A DNA stretch of 64,000 bases from an uncultured Acidobacteriota bacterium (GTDB lineage Bacteria > Acidobacteriota > Thermoanaerobaculia > Multivoradales > JAHEKO01), in contig CAVQNG010000003.1 in assembly GCA_963713825.1 (NCBI GenBank), forward strand, positions 1,088,001-1,152,000. Direction: 5' to 3'. Position 1 is the first letter of the stretch. Every line of letters begins with the position of its first letter. The notes below the pieces were generated by a model, which ran no database searches, was not told the DNA's origin, and worked only from the letters and a program-made list of their open reading frames with translations. The position numbers and the translations under genes were made by a program. Below, piece after piece: positions 10,306-20,096 of this stretch.

Positions 10306-12630
10306 ATGCTGCGATCTGACAAGTCAACGCGTCCTCTGGCGTGCTGGATGGTGCTGTTCTGCCTGTTGATGGCTCTCAGCAGCGCTGTTGTTGGCGCCGC
10401 GGAGGGAGATCGACCCAAGATCGGGCTGGCCCTCGGAGGTGGGGGCGCCAAGGGTGGTGCGCACGTCGGTGTGATCAAGGTCCTCGAGGAGATGAACGTC
10501 CCCATCGACTACATCGCGGGGACCAGTATCGGTGCCATCGTCGGTGGGCTCTACGCCTCGGGGATGACGAGCGATGAGCTGGCCGAGGCTCTGGCCACGA
10601 TCGACTGGAACGAGGCCATGCAGGACAAGCCGCCGCGCCGGGATCTCAACTTCCGCCGCAAGGAGGATACCGCCCGCTACCTCTTCGGCATGGAGGTGGG
10701 AATCGGCAAAGGTGGTCTCAAATGGCCGGCAGGATTCAGAAGCGGACAAAATCTCTTCTTTTTGTTGCAGTCCCTGACGATTCCGGTTGCCGACGTCGAC
10801 GACTTCGACCAACTATCGATTCCCTTTCGGGCTGTGGCGACGGATCTCGGTAGTGGAGAGATGGTGGTCCTCGACCGTGGTTACCTGGCCACCGCGATGC
10901 GGGCCAGTATGGCCATCCCCGGTTTCTTCAGCCCGGTCGAGCTCGAGGACAGGCTGCTCGTCGATGGTGGCATGGTCAACAATCTGCCGGTCGATGTCGC
11001 CTTCGCCATGGGTGCGGATATCGTCATCGCGGTTGATCTGGGGGCCGCTCTTTCCGCCCGTACTGTGGGCGCCTCGGTCGTGCAGATCTATCAACAGACG
11101 ATTCGTATGTTGACGCGACCCAACGTCGATTCCCGTCTCGAGATCTCGGACCTGGTGATCAACCCCGGAGTCTCCGACTACGGCACCATGGACTTCGGCC
11201 AGATCGTCCAGATCATGGAAAAAGGCTATGAGACGGCTCGAGGTATGACGGACGAAATCGCCCTCTACTCCGTTGCGCCAGAGGTGTACGAAGCTCATCG
11301 GGCGAAACAGATCATGCCACCGCCCGAACCCATCCGCATCGATTTCGTCGATTTCGTCGGCAACAAGCGGGTAGACGATAGGGTCATCAGGAGGCATATC
11401 CGCCTCGAAGCCGGCAGCAAGCTGACTCTCCGGATGTTTGGAGACGATCTCTCTGAGCTGCTGGGTGGTGGCAGCCGCCGGGAAGAACGTCGGGTGAAGC
11501 AGCTGACAGGTGAGGTGCCACTCGACCTGAGGGCTCTCTTCGAAGATCTCCGCAGGATTTATGGACTTGGCGAGTTCGAGCAGGTCGACTTCGGCTTCGA
11601 GGAGCGAGGCGAGGAGCGAGGAGTGGTCATCCGCATTCGCGAGAAGCCATGGGGCCCCAACTATCTCCACTTCGGGCTCGAGGTTGCCACCCAAGGCAAT
11701 GGCGAGACTCTGCTCCAGTTTCTCGTCAACCTGACGAAGACCACGATCAACGCCCGCGGAGCGGAATGGCGGACGGACCTGTTGGTCGGCAACAACCGTG
11801 GCGTCTTCACGGAGTTCTACCAGCCACTGGATTTTGCCGGCCGATTCTTCGTTGCCCCGAGGGTCGATTTCAATGCTGGCCGAGTCCGGCTTTTCGAAGA
11901 CGGTGATTCTCTTGCCGAGTTCAGCACCAAAGACACCATCTTCGGTCTCGACTTTGGCTACCAGGCCGGCACCTACGCAGAGGTGCGTCTCGGTGCCGAG
12001 ACTGGATTTGGTGGGGCAAGTCTCGAAACGGGGTCCTTGCCACCGGATCTCGTAGAGGACATTCGGGACATCGATTTTGGAGCTGCCCGCCTGCTTGTAC
12101 GGGCTGATCGCTTGGACAGCGTGACAATTCCGAGGAAGGGTTGGTCATCGCGTTTCAGCGCCATGCAATCGTTGGAAGGCCTGGGAGCGGACGACGAGTA
12201 CACCAAGCTCTTCTGGTCCGGTCAGAAATTCGGCAGCCGGGGCAAGCACACCGGCTTTGGTGGCGCCAGCGCGGGTTGGAGCACCGGGGACCTGCCGATC
12301 TACGATGAGTTCACTCTGGGTGGTTTCGCCTCGTTGTCAGGCTACGCGGATTTGGAGTTGCGCGGGCAGTACCTGGGGCTCGGACGTCTGGGTTACTACT
12401 ACCAGATCATGAAAAGTTGGTACCTGGGTGGCTGGGCAGAGGCGGGCAACACGTGGCAGGTGGGTGAACCCGCTCAATTCGACACCCTGCGGTACTCGGG
12501 CACTGTGATTCTGGCGAAAGATACGGTGATTGGTCCCCTCTACGTGGCCTGGGCCATGGCGGAAGAGGGTAGGAACAGGTTCTACTTCATCCTCGGCCGG
12601 ACGCTGAGTGACAGAAGCCTGTTGGATTGA
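10306..12630 (+). CDS. Patatin-like phospholipase with POTRA and Omp85/BamA-type barrel (PlpD-like, type Vd)
   Basis: Signal peptide, LGGGGAKG, GTSIG (catalytic Ser), DGG, then POTRA (FVGNKRVDD) and aromatic beta-strand C-terminus. Confidence 0.9.
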   Translation: MLRSDKSTRPLACWMVLFCLLMALSSAVVGAAEGDRPKIGLALGGGGAKGGAHVGVIKVLEEMNVPIDYIAGTSIGAIVGGLYASGMTSDELAEALATIDWNEAMQDKPPRRDLNFRRKEDTARYLFGMEVGIGKGGLKWPAGFRSGQNLFFLLQSLTIPVADVDDFDQLSIPFRAVATDLGSGEMVVLDRGYLATAMRASMAIPGFFSPVELEDRLLVDGGMVNNLPVDVAFAMGADIVIAVDLGAALSARTVGASVVQIYQQTIRMLTRPNVDSRLEISDLVINPGVSDYGTMDFGQIVQIMEKGYETARGMTDEIALYSVAPEVYEAHRAKQIMPPPEPIRIDFVDFVGNKRVDDRVIRRHIRLEAGSKLTLRMFGDDLSELLGGGSRREERRVKQLTGEVPLDLRALFEDLRRIYGLGEFEQVDFGFEERGEERGVVIRIREKPWGPNYLHFGLEVATQGNGETLLQFLVNLTKTTINARGAEWRTDLLVGNNRGVFTEFYQPLDFAGRFFVAPRVDFNAGRVRLFEDGDSLAEFSTKDTIFGLDFGYQAGTYAEVRLGAETGFGGASLETGSLPPDLVEDIRDIDFGAARLLVRADRLDSVTIPRKGWSSRFSAMQSLEGLGADDEYTKLFWSGQKFGSRGKHTGFGGASAGWSTGDLPIYDEFTLGGFASLSGYADLELRGQYLGLGRLGYYYQIMKSWYLGGWAEAGNTWQVGEPAQFDTLRYSGTVILAKDTVIGPLYVAWAMAEEGRNRFYFILGRTLSDRSLLD

Positions 12631-12656
12631 CAGTGCTCTTTGGACTCCCTTACACT
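12627..12656 (+). promoter_or_regulatory. Sigma70-like promoter of tRNA cluster
   Basis: TTGACA-18nt-TACACT ending 12 nt before tRNA-Pro; the -35 overlaps the upstream stop codon. Confidence 0.7.
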
Positions 12657-12668
12657 GCCAGGTCCTGA

Positions 12669-12742
12669 CGGGGCGTGGCGCAGCCTGGTAGCGCATCTGC
12701 TTTGGGAGCAGAGGGTCCCCAGTTCAAATCTGGGCGCCCCGA
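12669..12742 (+). tRNA. tRNA-Pro(TGG), CCA not encoded
   Basis: Acceptor CGGGGCG/CGCCCCG, anticodon arm TCTGC-TT-TGG-GA-GCAGA, GTTCAAATC T-loop. Confidence 0.96.
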
Positions 12743-12798
12743 TAGAAATAGGCGAGATTCTTGATCAATACCAGGGGGTCCGGATTCCCGTCCACTGA

Positions 12799-12875
12799 CT
12801 GCCAGTAGCTCAGATGGATAGAGCGGCGGCCTTCTAAGCCGCGGGTCGGGGGTTCGAATCCCTCCTGGCAGGCCA
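12799..12875 (+). tRNA. tRNA-Arg(TCT)
   Basis: Acceptor CTGCCAG/CTGGCAG, anticodon arm GCGGC-CT-TCT-AA-GCCGC, GTTCGAATC, CCA. Confidence 0.96.
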
Positions 12876-12896
12876 AGTTCTCTGAAGCAGGTTTAT

Positions 12897-12973
12897 GGTG
12901 AGCGTAGCTCAATCGGTAGAGCGCTGGATTGTGGTTCCAGTGGTTGGGGGTTCAAGTCCCCTCGCTCACCCCA
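12897..12973 (+). tRNA. tRNA-His(GTG)
   Basis: G-1 plus GTGAGCG/CGCTCAC, anticodon arm CTGGA-TT-GTG-GT-TCCAG, CCA. Confidence 0.96.
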
Positions 12974-12992
12974 TACTTCTCTGTTCGATCAG

Positions 12993-13069
12993 GCGCCCTT
13001 AGCTCAGCTGGATAGAGCGACGGCCTCCGGAGCCGTAGGTCAGAGGTTCGAATCCTCTAGGGCGCACCA
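12993..13069 (+). tRNA. tRNA-Arg(CCG)
   Basis: Acceptor GCGCCCT/AGGGCGC, anticodon arm ACGGC-CT-CCG-GA-GCCGT, CCA. Confidence 0.96.
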
Positions 13070-14091
13070 TTTGCCTTCCCTGCCGTCTTCTCCTTCGATT
13101 TCTTCCACCTGTCTCGCTGCCGCTGAGGCTTGTAGTCGAGTCGCGGAACGAAGCGGGCCCTGGCCAGATAGTCCAGGATGAAGTCTGCCGCGATCCTGTG
13201 GGCCAGTTCATTCGGGTGAGCGTCGGTGTAGGGAACCAGAGCGAGTCGATAGACATCGACCCCGCGATAGGCCTCCAGGAGATCCAGCACAGGGATACCC
13301 AGCGACTGGCCAACCTCGCGTATCTTGTCGTGTAGATCCGTGTACGCGTAGGCGTCGTCCATAGGGCTGTCGAAGACGGGAAACAGCAGCAGCACCATGG
13401 GAATGGACCGCGCGTCGGCCAACTCCCGTAGGCTCTCTAGGGCCTTCAGGCATTTCTTCCAGTCTGGACCCTCGTACAAGGAGTGATAGTAGGTGGAGTA
13501 GGCGCGGTGGATCCGCGTGTTCTCGATTCGGTCCCATACCATGGCGTAGAACTGGCTCCCTCGGTAGAGAGAGGCGCTCAGCGGGAATCGGGGCTCCCGT
13601 CGGTGTAGTCCCTCTCGCAGCACGGCCAGCTTCTGCAGGTCGAAGGGCTCCGGATCGTTCAGGACGAAAGCCAGAAGCAGCAGATCGGGAGAGATCTTGT
13701 CGATATTGGCTTCGACAGAGCGAAATGCCACGACGGTATTCCATCCCGGTCGGCTCCAAGTGATCACCTCGAAGTCATCTCCACGGGAGACTGCATCGAG
13801 TCGAACCTCCAGTCGGCGAGGGAACGAATCCTCGGGGTGAACGCCATCTCCCCAGGCGAACGAATCACCTACGACCAGGATGCGAAAGGTGTCAGCCTCA
13901 GGAGAAAAGCGAGGTTGGGAACCCCGGAAGTTGGGCTCTCTTACCGGGGATCTGATCTCGACGGCGAGCTTGGTCGAGCGAGGCTGTGGGTTGGCGAAGG
14001 TGCCTCTCCGCGTTGCGAGCTCGAGAGCTCCCAGGGTCAAGAGCAGGGAGCCGGCCGACAAGGCCAATCCGGTCAAAAGCCGACTGATCAT
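13057..14091 (-). CDS. SGNH/GDSL hydrolase family protein (membrane anchored)
   Basis: N-terminal TM helix, VVGDSFAWG, GWNT, LNDP, DAHPN. Likely start ATG 14091; the track ORF is over-extended. Confidence 0.85.
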   Translation of the reverse strand: MISRLLTGLALSAGSLLLTLGALELATRRGTFANPQPRSTKLAVEIRSPVREPNFRGSQPRFSPEADTFRILVVGDSFAWGDGVHPEDSFPRRLEVRLDAVSRGDDFEVITWSRPGWNTVVAFRSVEANIDKISPDLLLLAFVLNDPEPFDLQKLAVLREGLHRREPRFPLSASLYRGSQFYAMVWDRIENTRIHRAYSTYYHSLYEGPDWKKCLKALESLRELADARSIPMVLLLFPVFDSPMDDAYAYTDLHDKIREVGQSLGIPVLDLLEAYRGVDVYRLALVPYTDAHPNELAHRIAADFILDYLARARFVPRLDYKPQRQRDRWKKSKEKTAGKANGAP

Positions 14092-14261
14092 GGCAGCAGA
14101 AATTATTCCATAGCCTGCTCGTTCGACAGTTGCTTCGTCTTGCCGCCGTCGGGGTCCCGTCCCCGTTGCGAAGCGGCAGCGAGTCCGCACCCGTCTCAAC
14201 CGAGGTGTTGCTTCCGGGAAGGAAACTTGATCTTGAAGGGCCTCGAGTCGACAATACCGAG

Positions 14262-15413
14262 ATGAAGATCGTCTGCGCAGAAACCGTCTTGCTGGGTCAC
14301 GAGGCCTTTCGCTCCAGCGGGGAAACGCTGGTGATCCCCGACCGCGAGATCGCCCGCGAGCACCTGCTCGATGTCGACGCCCTCGTCGTGCGCTCCAAGA
14401 CCAAGGTGACCGGAGATCTCCTATCCGGCACCCCGGTCCAGTTTGTCGGTACCGCCACCGCCGGGACCGACCACATGGATCTAGCCTGGCTCGAGGCCGA
14501 GGGCCGCTACTGGTGCGCCGCTCCCGGTTGCAACGCCAACAGTGTCTCCGAGTACGTCGTGGCCGCTCTTCTCGCTCTCGGTGGTAGACATGCCTTCGAA
14601 CTGGCCGCAAAGACGATTGGTGTCGTAGGTTGCGGCCACGTCGGAAGCCGGGTTGTCAACAAGGCAGAGGCCCTTGGAATGACAGTGCTGCGCAACGACC
14701 CGCCGCTGGCCACCGTGTCCGCGGCCCCCGACTTCCTGCCACTCGAGAGCCTACTTGCCGAATCCGACATCATCTCGCTCCATGTCCCCCACGTGAACCA
14801 CGGACCTTGGCCCACTGTTCACCTGGCTGGCAGTCTCTTCTTCGAGCAGCTGAAGCCGGGTGCCGTCTTCATCAACACCGCCCGCGGCAGCGTCTGCGAC
14901 TACGACGCCCTGCTCGACGCCAAGCATGGCGGTACCGTTTCGCACATGATCGTCGATGTGTGGAGCCCCGAACCGGCCTTCCGAATCGATGTTCTCGAGG
15001 TGGCCGACCTGGCCTCGCCCCACATCGCCGGGTACTCCTTAGAGGGCAAGCTCAATGGAACTCTCGCCTGCCATCAAGAGTTGTGCGACTTCTTCGGCCT
15101 GTCTCGAAGTTGGGACGTAGCTACAACCCTGCCTGTGCCGCCTTGCCGAAGCATCGTGCTGGATGCGCAGGGGATGGGGGATGAGACCGCCCTGCACGAG
15201 ATTGTCCGTAAGGTCTACGACATCGAAACCGACGATGCCCTCATCCGAAGAGCTGCCGCCCGCAGCGAGATCGACCGCTGCCGCAAGTTCGATGCATTGC
15301 GCAAGGACTACCGTACCCGACGGGAGTTCTCCAACAGCGCACTGCAGCTGAAGAACGCCAGGGAGCCGCTGGGCCGCAAGGCCAGGGCTCTCGGATTTGA
15401 CTGGCAGGGATAG
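14262..15413 (+). CDS. pdxB: Erythronate-4-phosphate dehydrogenase
   Basis: LVVRS.TKV, GTATAGTDH, APGCNA.SV.EYV, GCGHVG, SPHIAGYSLEGK, FDALRKDY..RREF. Confidence 0.92.
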   Translation: MKIVCAETVLLGHEAFRSSGETLVIPDREIAREHLLDVDALVVRSKTKVTGDLLSGTPVQFVGTATAGTDHMDLAWLEAEGRYWCAAPGCNANSVSEYVVAALLALGGRHAFELAAKTIGVVGCGHVGSRVVNKAEALGMTVLRNDPPLATVSAAPDFLPLESLLAESDIISLHVPHVNHGPWPTVHLAGSLFFEQLKPGAVFINTARGSVCDYDALLDAKHGGTVSHMIVDVWSPEPAFRIDVLEVADLASPHIAGYSLEGKLNGTLACHQELCDFFGLSRSWDVATTLPVPPCRSIVLDAQGMGDETALHEIVRKVYDIETDDALIRRAAARSEIDRCRKFDALRKDYRTRREFSNSALQLKNAREPLGRKARALGFDWQG

Positions 15414-15552
15414 AACTGGGGCCCGTGGTGGCTCAACGGATCATCGCAGGTCCAGCTGGCTGGGCGCTCGACTCGCTTCCCGCCTTCCTTCCTGCTTCAG
15501 GGGCCCTGTCGACCGGGTGACCCGCTCGGTAGAGGGTCTCAGGTCTCGCTGT

Positions 15553-17757
15553 CTACTGCTGGGTCGAGCTCCAGGCAGTCGTATCACCGCTCTCGAAACC
15601 ATCGTAGAAGAAGGCCGTGTCGATCGCGATCAGGACTTGCGAGGAGTATGGCTCGAGCTCCAGGCTGCCAGCGACCGTATTCTGGTCGAGGTCGACATAG
15701 ACCGTCCCACCGAGGCCGAAGAGCTTCGGCTGGTCGGAGTCGTTGATGAAGATCTCCGAGCGCGGCGGCTCGTTCGCGGTCTGGGAGTACCAGTGGGCTT
15801 GTGAGCTCGGGTCGAGGCCGCTCAGGGCCTGCCATTCAGCGAGCGTCTTGTCACAACAGCCGGCAGAGTCGTCGGCGATGGAGGTGTCGTAGTAGGGACT
15901 CATGAAGTAGTTGTCGTTGGAGGAGGTCAGCGAATCATGGTCGTAGACCCGAAGTGATCGTCGATTCTCGCCCAGAGGAAAGAGAACATTGCCGCTCTGG
16001 GTCACCTCGCTCGGGCTCTCGACGACGGAAAGCTCGGAGCCCCAGTCCGAGGCAACGTTGTCGTACAGAGTGTTGTCGGTGAACCGCCCCGTGGAACGTT
16101 GGAACAGCGCCCCGACCCAGGTCGAGCCGGTGACTGTGTTGCCCTCGACCACCATGTCGCGTGAGAAGTTGTCGAGGTAGATCCCCAGGCTGAAGAGCCT
16201 TTCGAAGTTCGGATGGGTGCCATCGGTGTTGCCCAGCGCGTCGCGAATGATGTTGCCGCGGAGGATGACGTCGTGAACCGGGGTCGAAGCCAGGCTGCTA
16301 CGGCCAAAGGTGCGAATGCCACCGCAGTCGCCTTTGGAGAGGCAGGCCTGATCGATGACGTTGTTCTCCAGCGTCATGTTCCGTCCAAAGACATCGATGC
16401 CGTTCATGCCGATCTTGGAAAGTCGGTTGAATCGCAGGATGTTGTTCCGAGAGGTGTGGTTCGGCGCTCCGGGATCGTGCTTGAGACGGATGCCGTCGCC
16501 ATTCTCGGTGCAATTGGTCCCGGAGTAGCCACAGCCCATCCCGGAACGGCCAAGGTTCTCGATCAGGGCCACGTTCCGAATCTCGTTCGCCAGGAGCTGT
16601 GAGTCGACGCCGAAGAAATCGAGTCCGAAGTGATTCGCTCCTTGAATCGTGTTGCCCTCGATCAGGAGATGTCGGCCACCCCGCCAGCCGTTGGGGCCGT
16701 TGCCGTGGTCGGCGGCATCCCATACCCATGTGGTCAGGCGGATGCCAGTGGTATCGACGTCACCTATGTCGTTGTTGCGCAGGGTGAGATGGTGGTTCTC
16801 GTCGGCCTCGAGGTTGGTGGGTGTCGTGATGCCGGCGTCGAACCAGCGCTCGATGCGCAGATTCTCGACGGTCACGTAGCTGATGTGCTCCTGGAGATGG
16901 CGACCGAGGACCACGCCGCCCCACAGGCTGCTATCGGCTTCGAGGATGACCGAGCCCTCTATACCGGTGCCACCGGGATGACCCAGCTCCGAGTATAGAT
17001 AGACCTTGTTGGAGTCCTCGTCATGGAACCATTCACCCTCTTGATCGAGGGTGTCGCGGTGATTGGAGAGGAAGTAGCCCCACTCAGCGCAGGTGCCGTA
17101 CCAACACTGGACATCGGCTCCCAGTGTCAATGTCGGCCCACTACTGCTGGTGACTTCCCGGTTGAGCATGTACCAGCGGATGCCCTTGATGTGCATCACG
17201 GCTCCGGCCCAGTCGCCGGTTGTCAACTCGGTGTCGGTGATCCGATTTGCCGCCGGTTGGCTGTCCACCTCGGCGTAACCGCCGTCGGGATGACCGTCGA
17301 TATTGGGCCAGCGCCCGAAAGGCATTCGTTCGTCGCCGCGAAACAGCTGATTGATGCCTTTGGGAAAGAGCCCGGAGTTGGAGCCGGACCCCAGGTTGGC
17401 TACGTACAGATTCGAGCCTAGAGCCGTCCAGCCGGAGATCGGTTGAGAACCGGACAGCACCGGCTTCGAAGAGCATGCGGCTGGGTGAGAGCCGAAGAGG
17501 ATCCGGTCGGAGTCGGAGCCAGATCGGGTAATGACGAGAGGTTGCCCCCGCCAACGCTCGCCGCAGAAGAAACGCACTTCATCGCCAGGTTGTAGGGGCA
17601 GGCTGTTGACATGGGGCACGGACTGGAACGCTGTCGCGGGGGACAACCCGTCGTTGCTGTCGCTGCCCGTGTCGTTCGACACGTAGAAAACGGCAGCGGA
17701 CCCCGGGATCACCCAGAGGAGTGCCAAGGCACTGATGAGCTGCAGCCGTATGCTCAC
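15553..17757 (-). CDS. Secreted right-handed parallel beta-helix (pectin lyase-like) protein with C-terminal FYDGFESGD motif
   Basis: Signal peptide, YVS..GSDSNDGLSPATAF start, repeated Asn-ladder motifs, DCGGI, terminal FFYDGFESGDTTAWSS. Confidence 0.8.
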   Translation of the reverse strand: MSIRLQLISALALLWVIPGSAAVFYVSNDTGSDSNDGLSPATAFQSVPHVNSLPLQPGDEVRFFCGERWRGQPLVITRSGSDSDRILFGSHPAACSSKPVLSGSQPISGWTALGSNLYVANLGSGSNSGLFPKGINQLFRGDERMPFGRWPNIDGHPDGGYAEVDSQPAANRITDTELTTGDWAGAVMHIKGIRWYMLNREVTSSSGPTLTLGADVQCWYGTCAEWGYFLSNHRDTLDQEGEWFHDEDSNKVYLYSELGHPGGTGIEGSVILEADSSLWGGVVLGRHLQEHISYVTVENLRIERWFDAGITTPTNLEADENHHLTLRNNDIGDVDTTGIRLTTWVWDAADHGNGPNGWRGGRHLLIEGNTIQGANHFGLDFFGVDSQLLANEIRNVALIENLGRSGMGCGYSGTNCTENGDGIRLKHDPGAPNHTSRNNILRFNRLSKIGMNGIDVFGRNMTLENNVIDQACLSKGDCGGIRTFGRSSLASTPVHDVILRGNIIRDALGNTDGTHPNFERLFSLGIYLDNFSRDMVVEGNTVTGSTWVGALFQRSTGRFTDNTLYDNVASDWGSELSVVESPSEVTQSGNVLFPLGENRRSLRVYDHDSLTSSNDNYFMSPYYDTSIADDSAGCCDKTLAEWQALSGLDPSSQAHWYSQTANEPPRSEIFINDSDQPKLFGLGGTVYVDLDQNTVAGSLELEPYSSQVLIAIDTAFFYDGFESGDTTAWSSTQQ

Positions 17758-17826
17758 CCCTCATGTTGCCCAGAAACACCGCGGCGTTACAGCGAGATCC
17801 TCCATACCTCGAGATGCCCTATAGCC

Positions 17827-18996
17827 CTAGTCGACGTAGCCGGCGCGGGTTCGGATCTCGACTTCGGGCACGGTCACCTCGATCCGGACTGGCCTCCAGG
17901 TGCCATTGTCCTGCGGGTCCGTCGGGTAGTAGCCGACGACATACTGTTGCCGGAGCTCTCGCAACACATCGTCGAGTGCCTGTTCGAGCTCCTCGAGGCG
18001 TGCCAGGGCCGTCACCCGTCCGCCGCTGTCCTCGACGGCCTGCTCGAGGCCTCCGACCTCATCGGCATGGGCGTCTGTCGAGCGCCAGGACGTGGCCAGC
18101 GGCACGCTGCGGATACCGCTCGCATGCAGGTGGATCCGATAGATCACCGCGTTGCTGCGGTGCGCTTTCCAAAGCACTTCGTCCATTGTCAGAAAGCTCA
18201 GGGTGTCGGCACCATCCGAGAGCACGATTATGACGGGCCGTCCTTGACGGTGATCCAAAAGGCGCAAAGCCAGATACAGGTTGTCGTTCAGGGAGGTTCC
18301 ACCTCCCGACTGCAGATCCTCCAGAGCCGAGGAAAGTCCGTCGATCTCTGAAGAGGAAGTGGTAACGCGATGCGTCCGGTCCGAGAAGGTCATGACGAGG
18401 GCCTCGTCCAGGGGCGTCAGGCGGGAGAGGAACCCCCTGGCGGCGTCCAGAGCGACCTGCAGTTGCTCACCTCTCATGCTCTCGCTGACATCCACCAGCA
18501 GAGCGATCGTCATTGGCAGGTCGCCGCGCTCGAAGGTGACGATCTCCTGCTCGACGCCACTGTCGAAGACCTGGAAGTCCTCTCGGCCGAGATCTAGAAC
18601 CGGCTCATTTTCTCGGAGCGCCGTGGAGTAGAGCTGCTGCAGAGGGGCATCCACGATGAGATCGATCTGGACTGCGGGTGTCGAGACGGCCGCTCCGACC
18701 CTGGCGCCTGAGCTGCCGATGGCGATGATGGTGAAATGGCGCTGCAAGTTCTCCTCTCCCACGTCGATCCACACCCTGTACGGCGGTTGCGTTGCAGTGG
18801 CGACCCGTCTGCCGTCGAGGAAGAACTCCACCCTCTCGATCGACTCATCGGCCTGAACATCGGCTGCCACTTCGACCCTGTCGAAGACGGCGTGATCTCC
18901 CGTCGGGGATGTGATGGTCACCTCGATCGACCGCGCGAGAGCGGTTCCCGAAGCCAAGGCCAAAAAGGACGCGACCCAACAGGCAGCCCTCATCAT
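17827..18996 (-). CDS. VWA domain protein (acidobacterial type) with N-terminal Ig-like domain
   Basis: VEFFLDG...PPY Ig-like segment, DFQVFDSGVEQEI, MIDAS DVSES...T...SDG, QYVVGYYP...GTWRPVRIEV...RAGY. Confidence 0.85.
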   Translation of the reverse strand: MMRAACWVASFLALASGTALARSIEVTITSPTGDHAVFDRVEVAADVQADESIERVEFFLDGRRVATATQPPYRVWIDVGEENLQRHFTIIAIGSSGARVGAAVSTPAVQIDLIVDAPLQQLYSTALRENEPVLDLGREDFQVFDSGVEQEIVTFERGDLPMTIALLVDVSESMRGEQLQVALDAARGFLSRLTPLDEALVMTFSDRTHRVTTSSSEIDGLSSALEDLQSGGGTSLNDNLYLALRLLDHRQGRPVIIVLSDGADTLSFLTMDEVLWKAHRSNAVIYRIHLHASGIRSVPLATSWRSTDAHADEVGGLEQAVEDSGGRVTALARLEELEQALDDVLRELRQQYVVGYYPTDPQDNGTWRPVRIEVTVPEVEIRTRAGYVD

Positions 18997-20096
18997 TTGG
19001 AGTCCGCCAGGGTTGCCAGCGCGTCAGCAAGATCGGGCAGGTGAGAGCGCGCCACTTCCCGCAACCGTTCCCGAGTCACCTCGATGTATTCGTATGTAGG
19101 CCTGGCATAGCGATACCGCGCAGAGGAGCCAGAGAGCGCCGAGTCTCGCGTTGCAAAGCGGGTCGCGAGAGGCTCCCCCGGCTCCAGGCCAAGACGCTCC
19201 TCGATGTAGGACAGGCCGACAGTCAGACTGAAGTCGTCCGGGAATTGTGCCAAGCCTCTAGCCAGGTAGGTCTGAGCGGCCTCGAACCGCTCCTGGTCCA
19301 TGCGAATGCGAGCCAGCTGCTGAAATGCCAGTGTCAAGATCCAATCCTCCGCCGATTCGGCGAGGAGGCTCTCGAGAATCCTCTCTGCTTCACCCTGTTT
19401 GCCGAGGCGCTCCAGATTGATGGCTAGCCTGAGTCGGGTCTCGGCATCGGCAGTGTCGGTCTCGACGAGTCGCTCCAGCAAGCTCAGTGCATTCCTGTAG
19501 CGTCCCGTCTGTTCTCGGGCCGTCGCCAGTCCCAGCAACGCGGCTGCGTTGTCGGGATCGAATTGCAGCGCTCGAGTATAGAGACCCACGGCCCCTGGCC
19601 CAGCTGATCCCTCCTGAAAGTAACCCGCCAGGCTGACGAACAGATCGCTGGCGACCGTACGCTCTTGCGGGGTCAGCAAGCGCTCTGAGAAGAGCAGCGT
19701 CTGGAGATAGACCGCGGCGCGGGCATGGTATGGGTTGGCCCCGAGGGGCTGCCGCCGATACTCGAGATGGGTCCGCTCGTGAAGGGCAATCAGGGGAAGC
19801 AGAAGATTGGCGTCGAGTCGAGCCAGCTCGTTCGCCACGCCGAGCTCGACCTCTCGAAGCTGGTTCAAGCCGGTGGCTCCGCTCTGCTCAGCGACCGCCA
19901 TTTCAAGCTCGATCAGGGCGTCTGAGGCCGTCTCGATCCCCTGCGAGGCGAGGAGGCTAAGGGCTTCGAGATAGCGGTCGCGATTGTCGGTGGGCTCCTC
20001 CGCAGACAAACCCCAGCCAGGCAGGCTCCAGCCGGCACACAGAGCCAGGAGTAACAACGTCGGCTTGATCGTCGTCTTCATCCAACGGTTCATCAC
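18993..20096 (-). CDS. Secreted tetratricopeptide repeat protein
   Basis: Signal peptide, TPR-like units (ALQFDPDNAAALLGLA); 4-nt overlap with the VWA gene. Confidence 0.72.
   Translation of the reverse strand: MMNRWMKTTIKPTLLLLALCAGWSLPGWGLSAEEPTDNRDRYLEALSLLASQGIETASDALIELEMAVAEQSGATGLNQLREVELGVANELARLDANLLLPLIALHERTHLEYRRQPLGANPYHARAAVYLQTLLFSERLLTPQERTVASDLFVSLAGYFQEGSAGPGAVGLYTRALQFDPDNAAALLGLATAREQTGRYRNALSLLERLVETDTADAETRLRLAINLERLGKQGEAERILESLLAESAEDWILTLAFQQLARIRMDQERFEAAQTYLARGLAQFPDDFSLTVGLSYIEERLGLEPGEPLATRFATRDSALSGSSARYRYARPTYEYIEVTRERLREVARSHLPDLADALATLADSK

Noticed and set aside
15455-15515. Possible inverted, degenerate copy of element Z (GCGCTCGACTCG ... CCCTGTCGACC)
   Set aside because: Only two 10-12 nt matches with different spacing; could be chance in GC-rich sequence.
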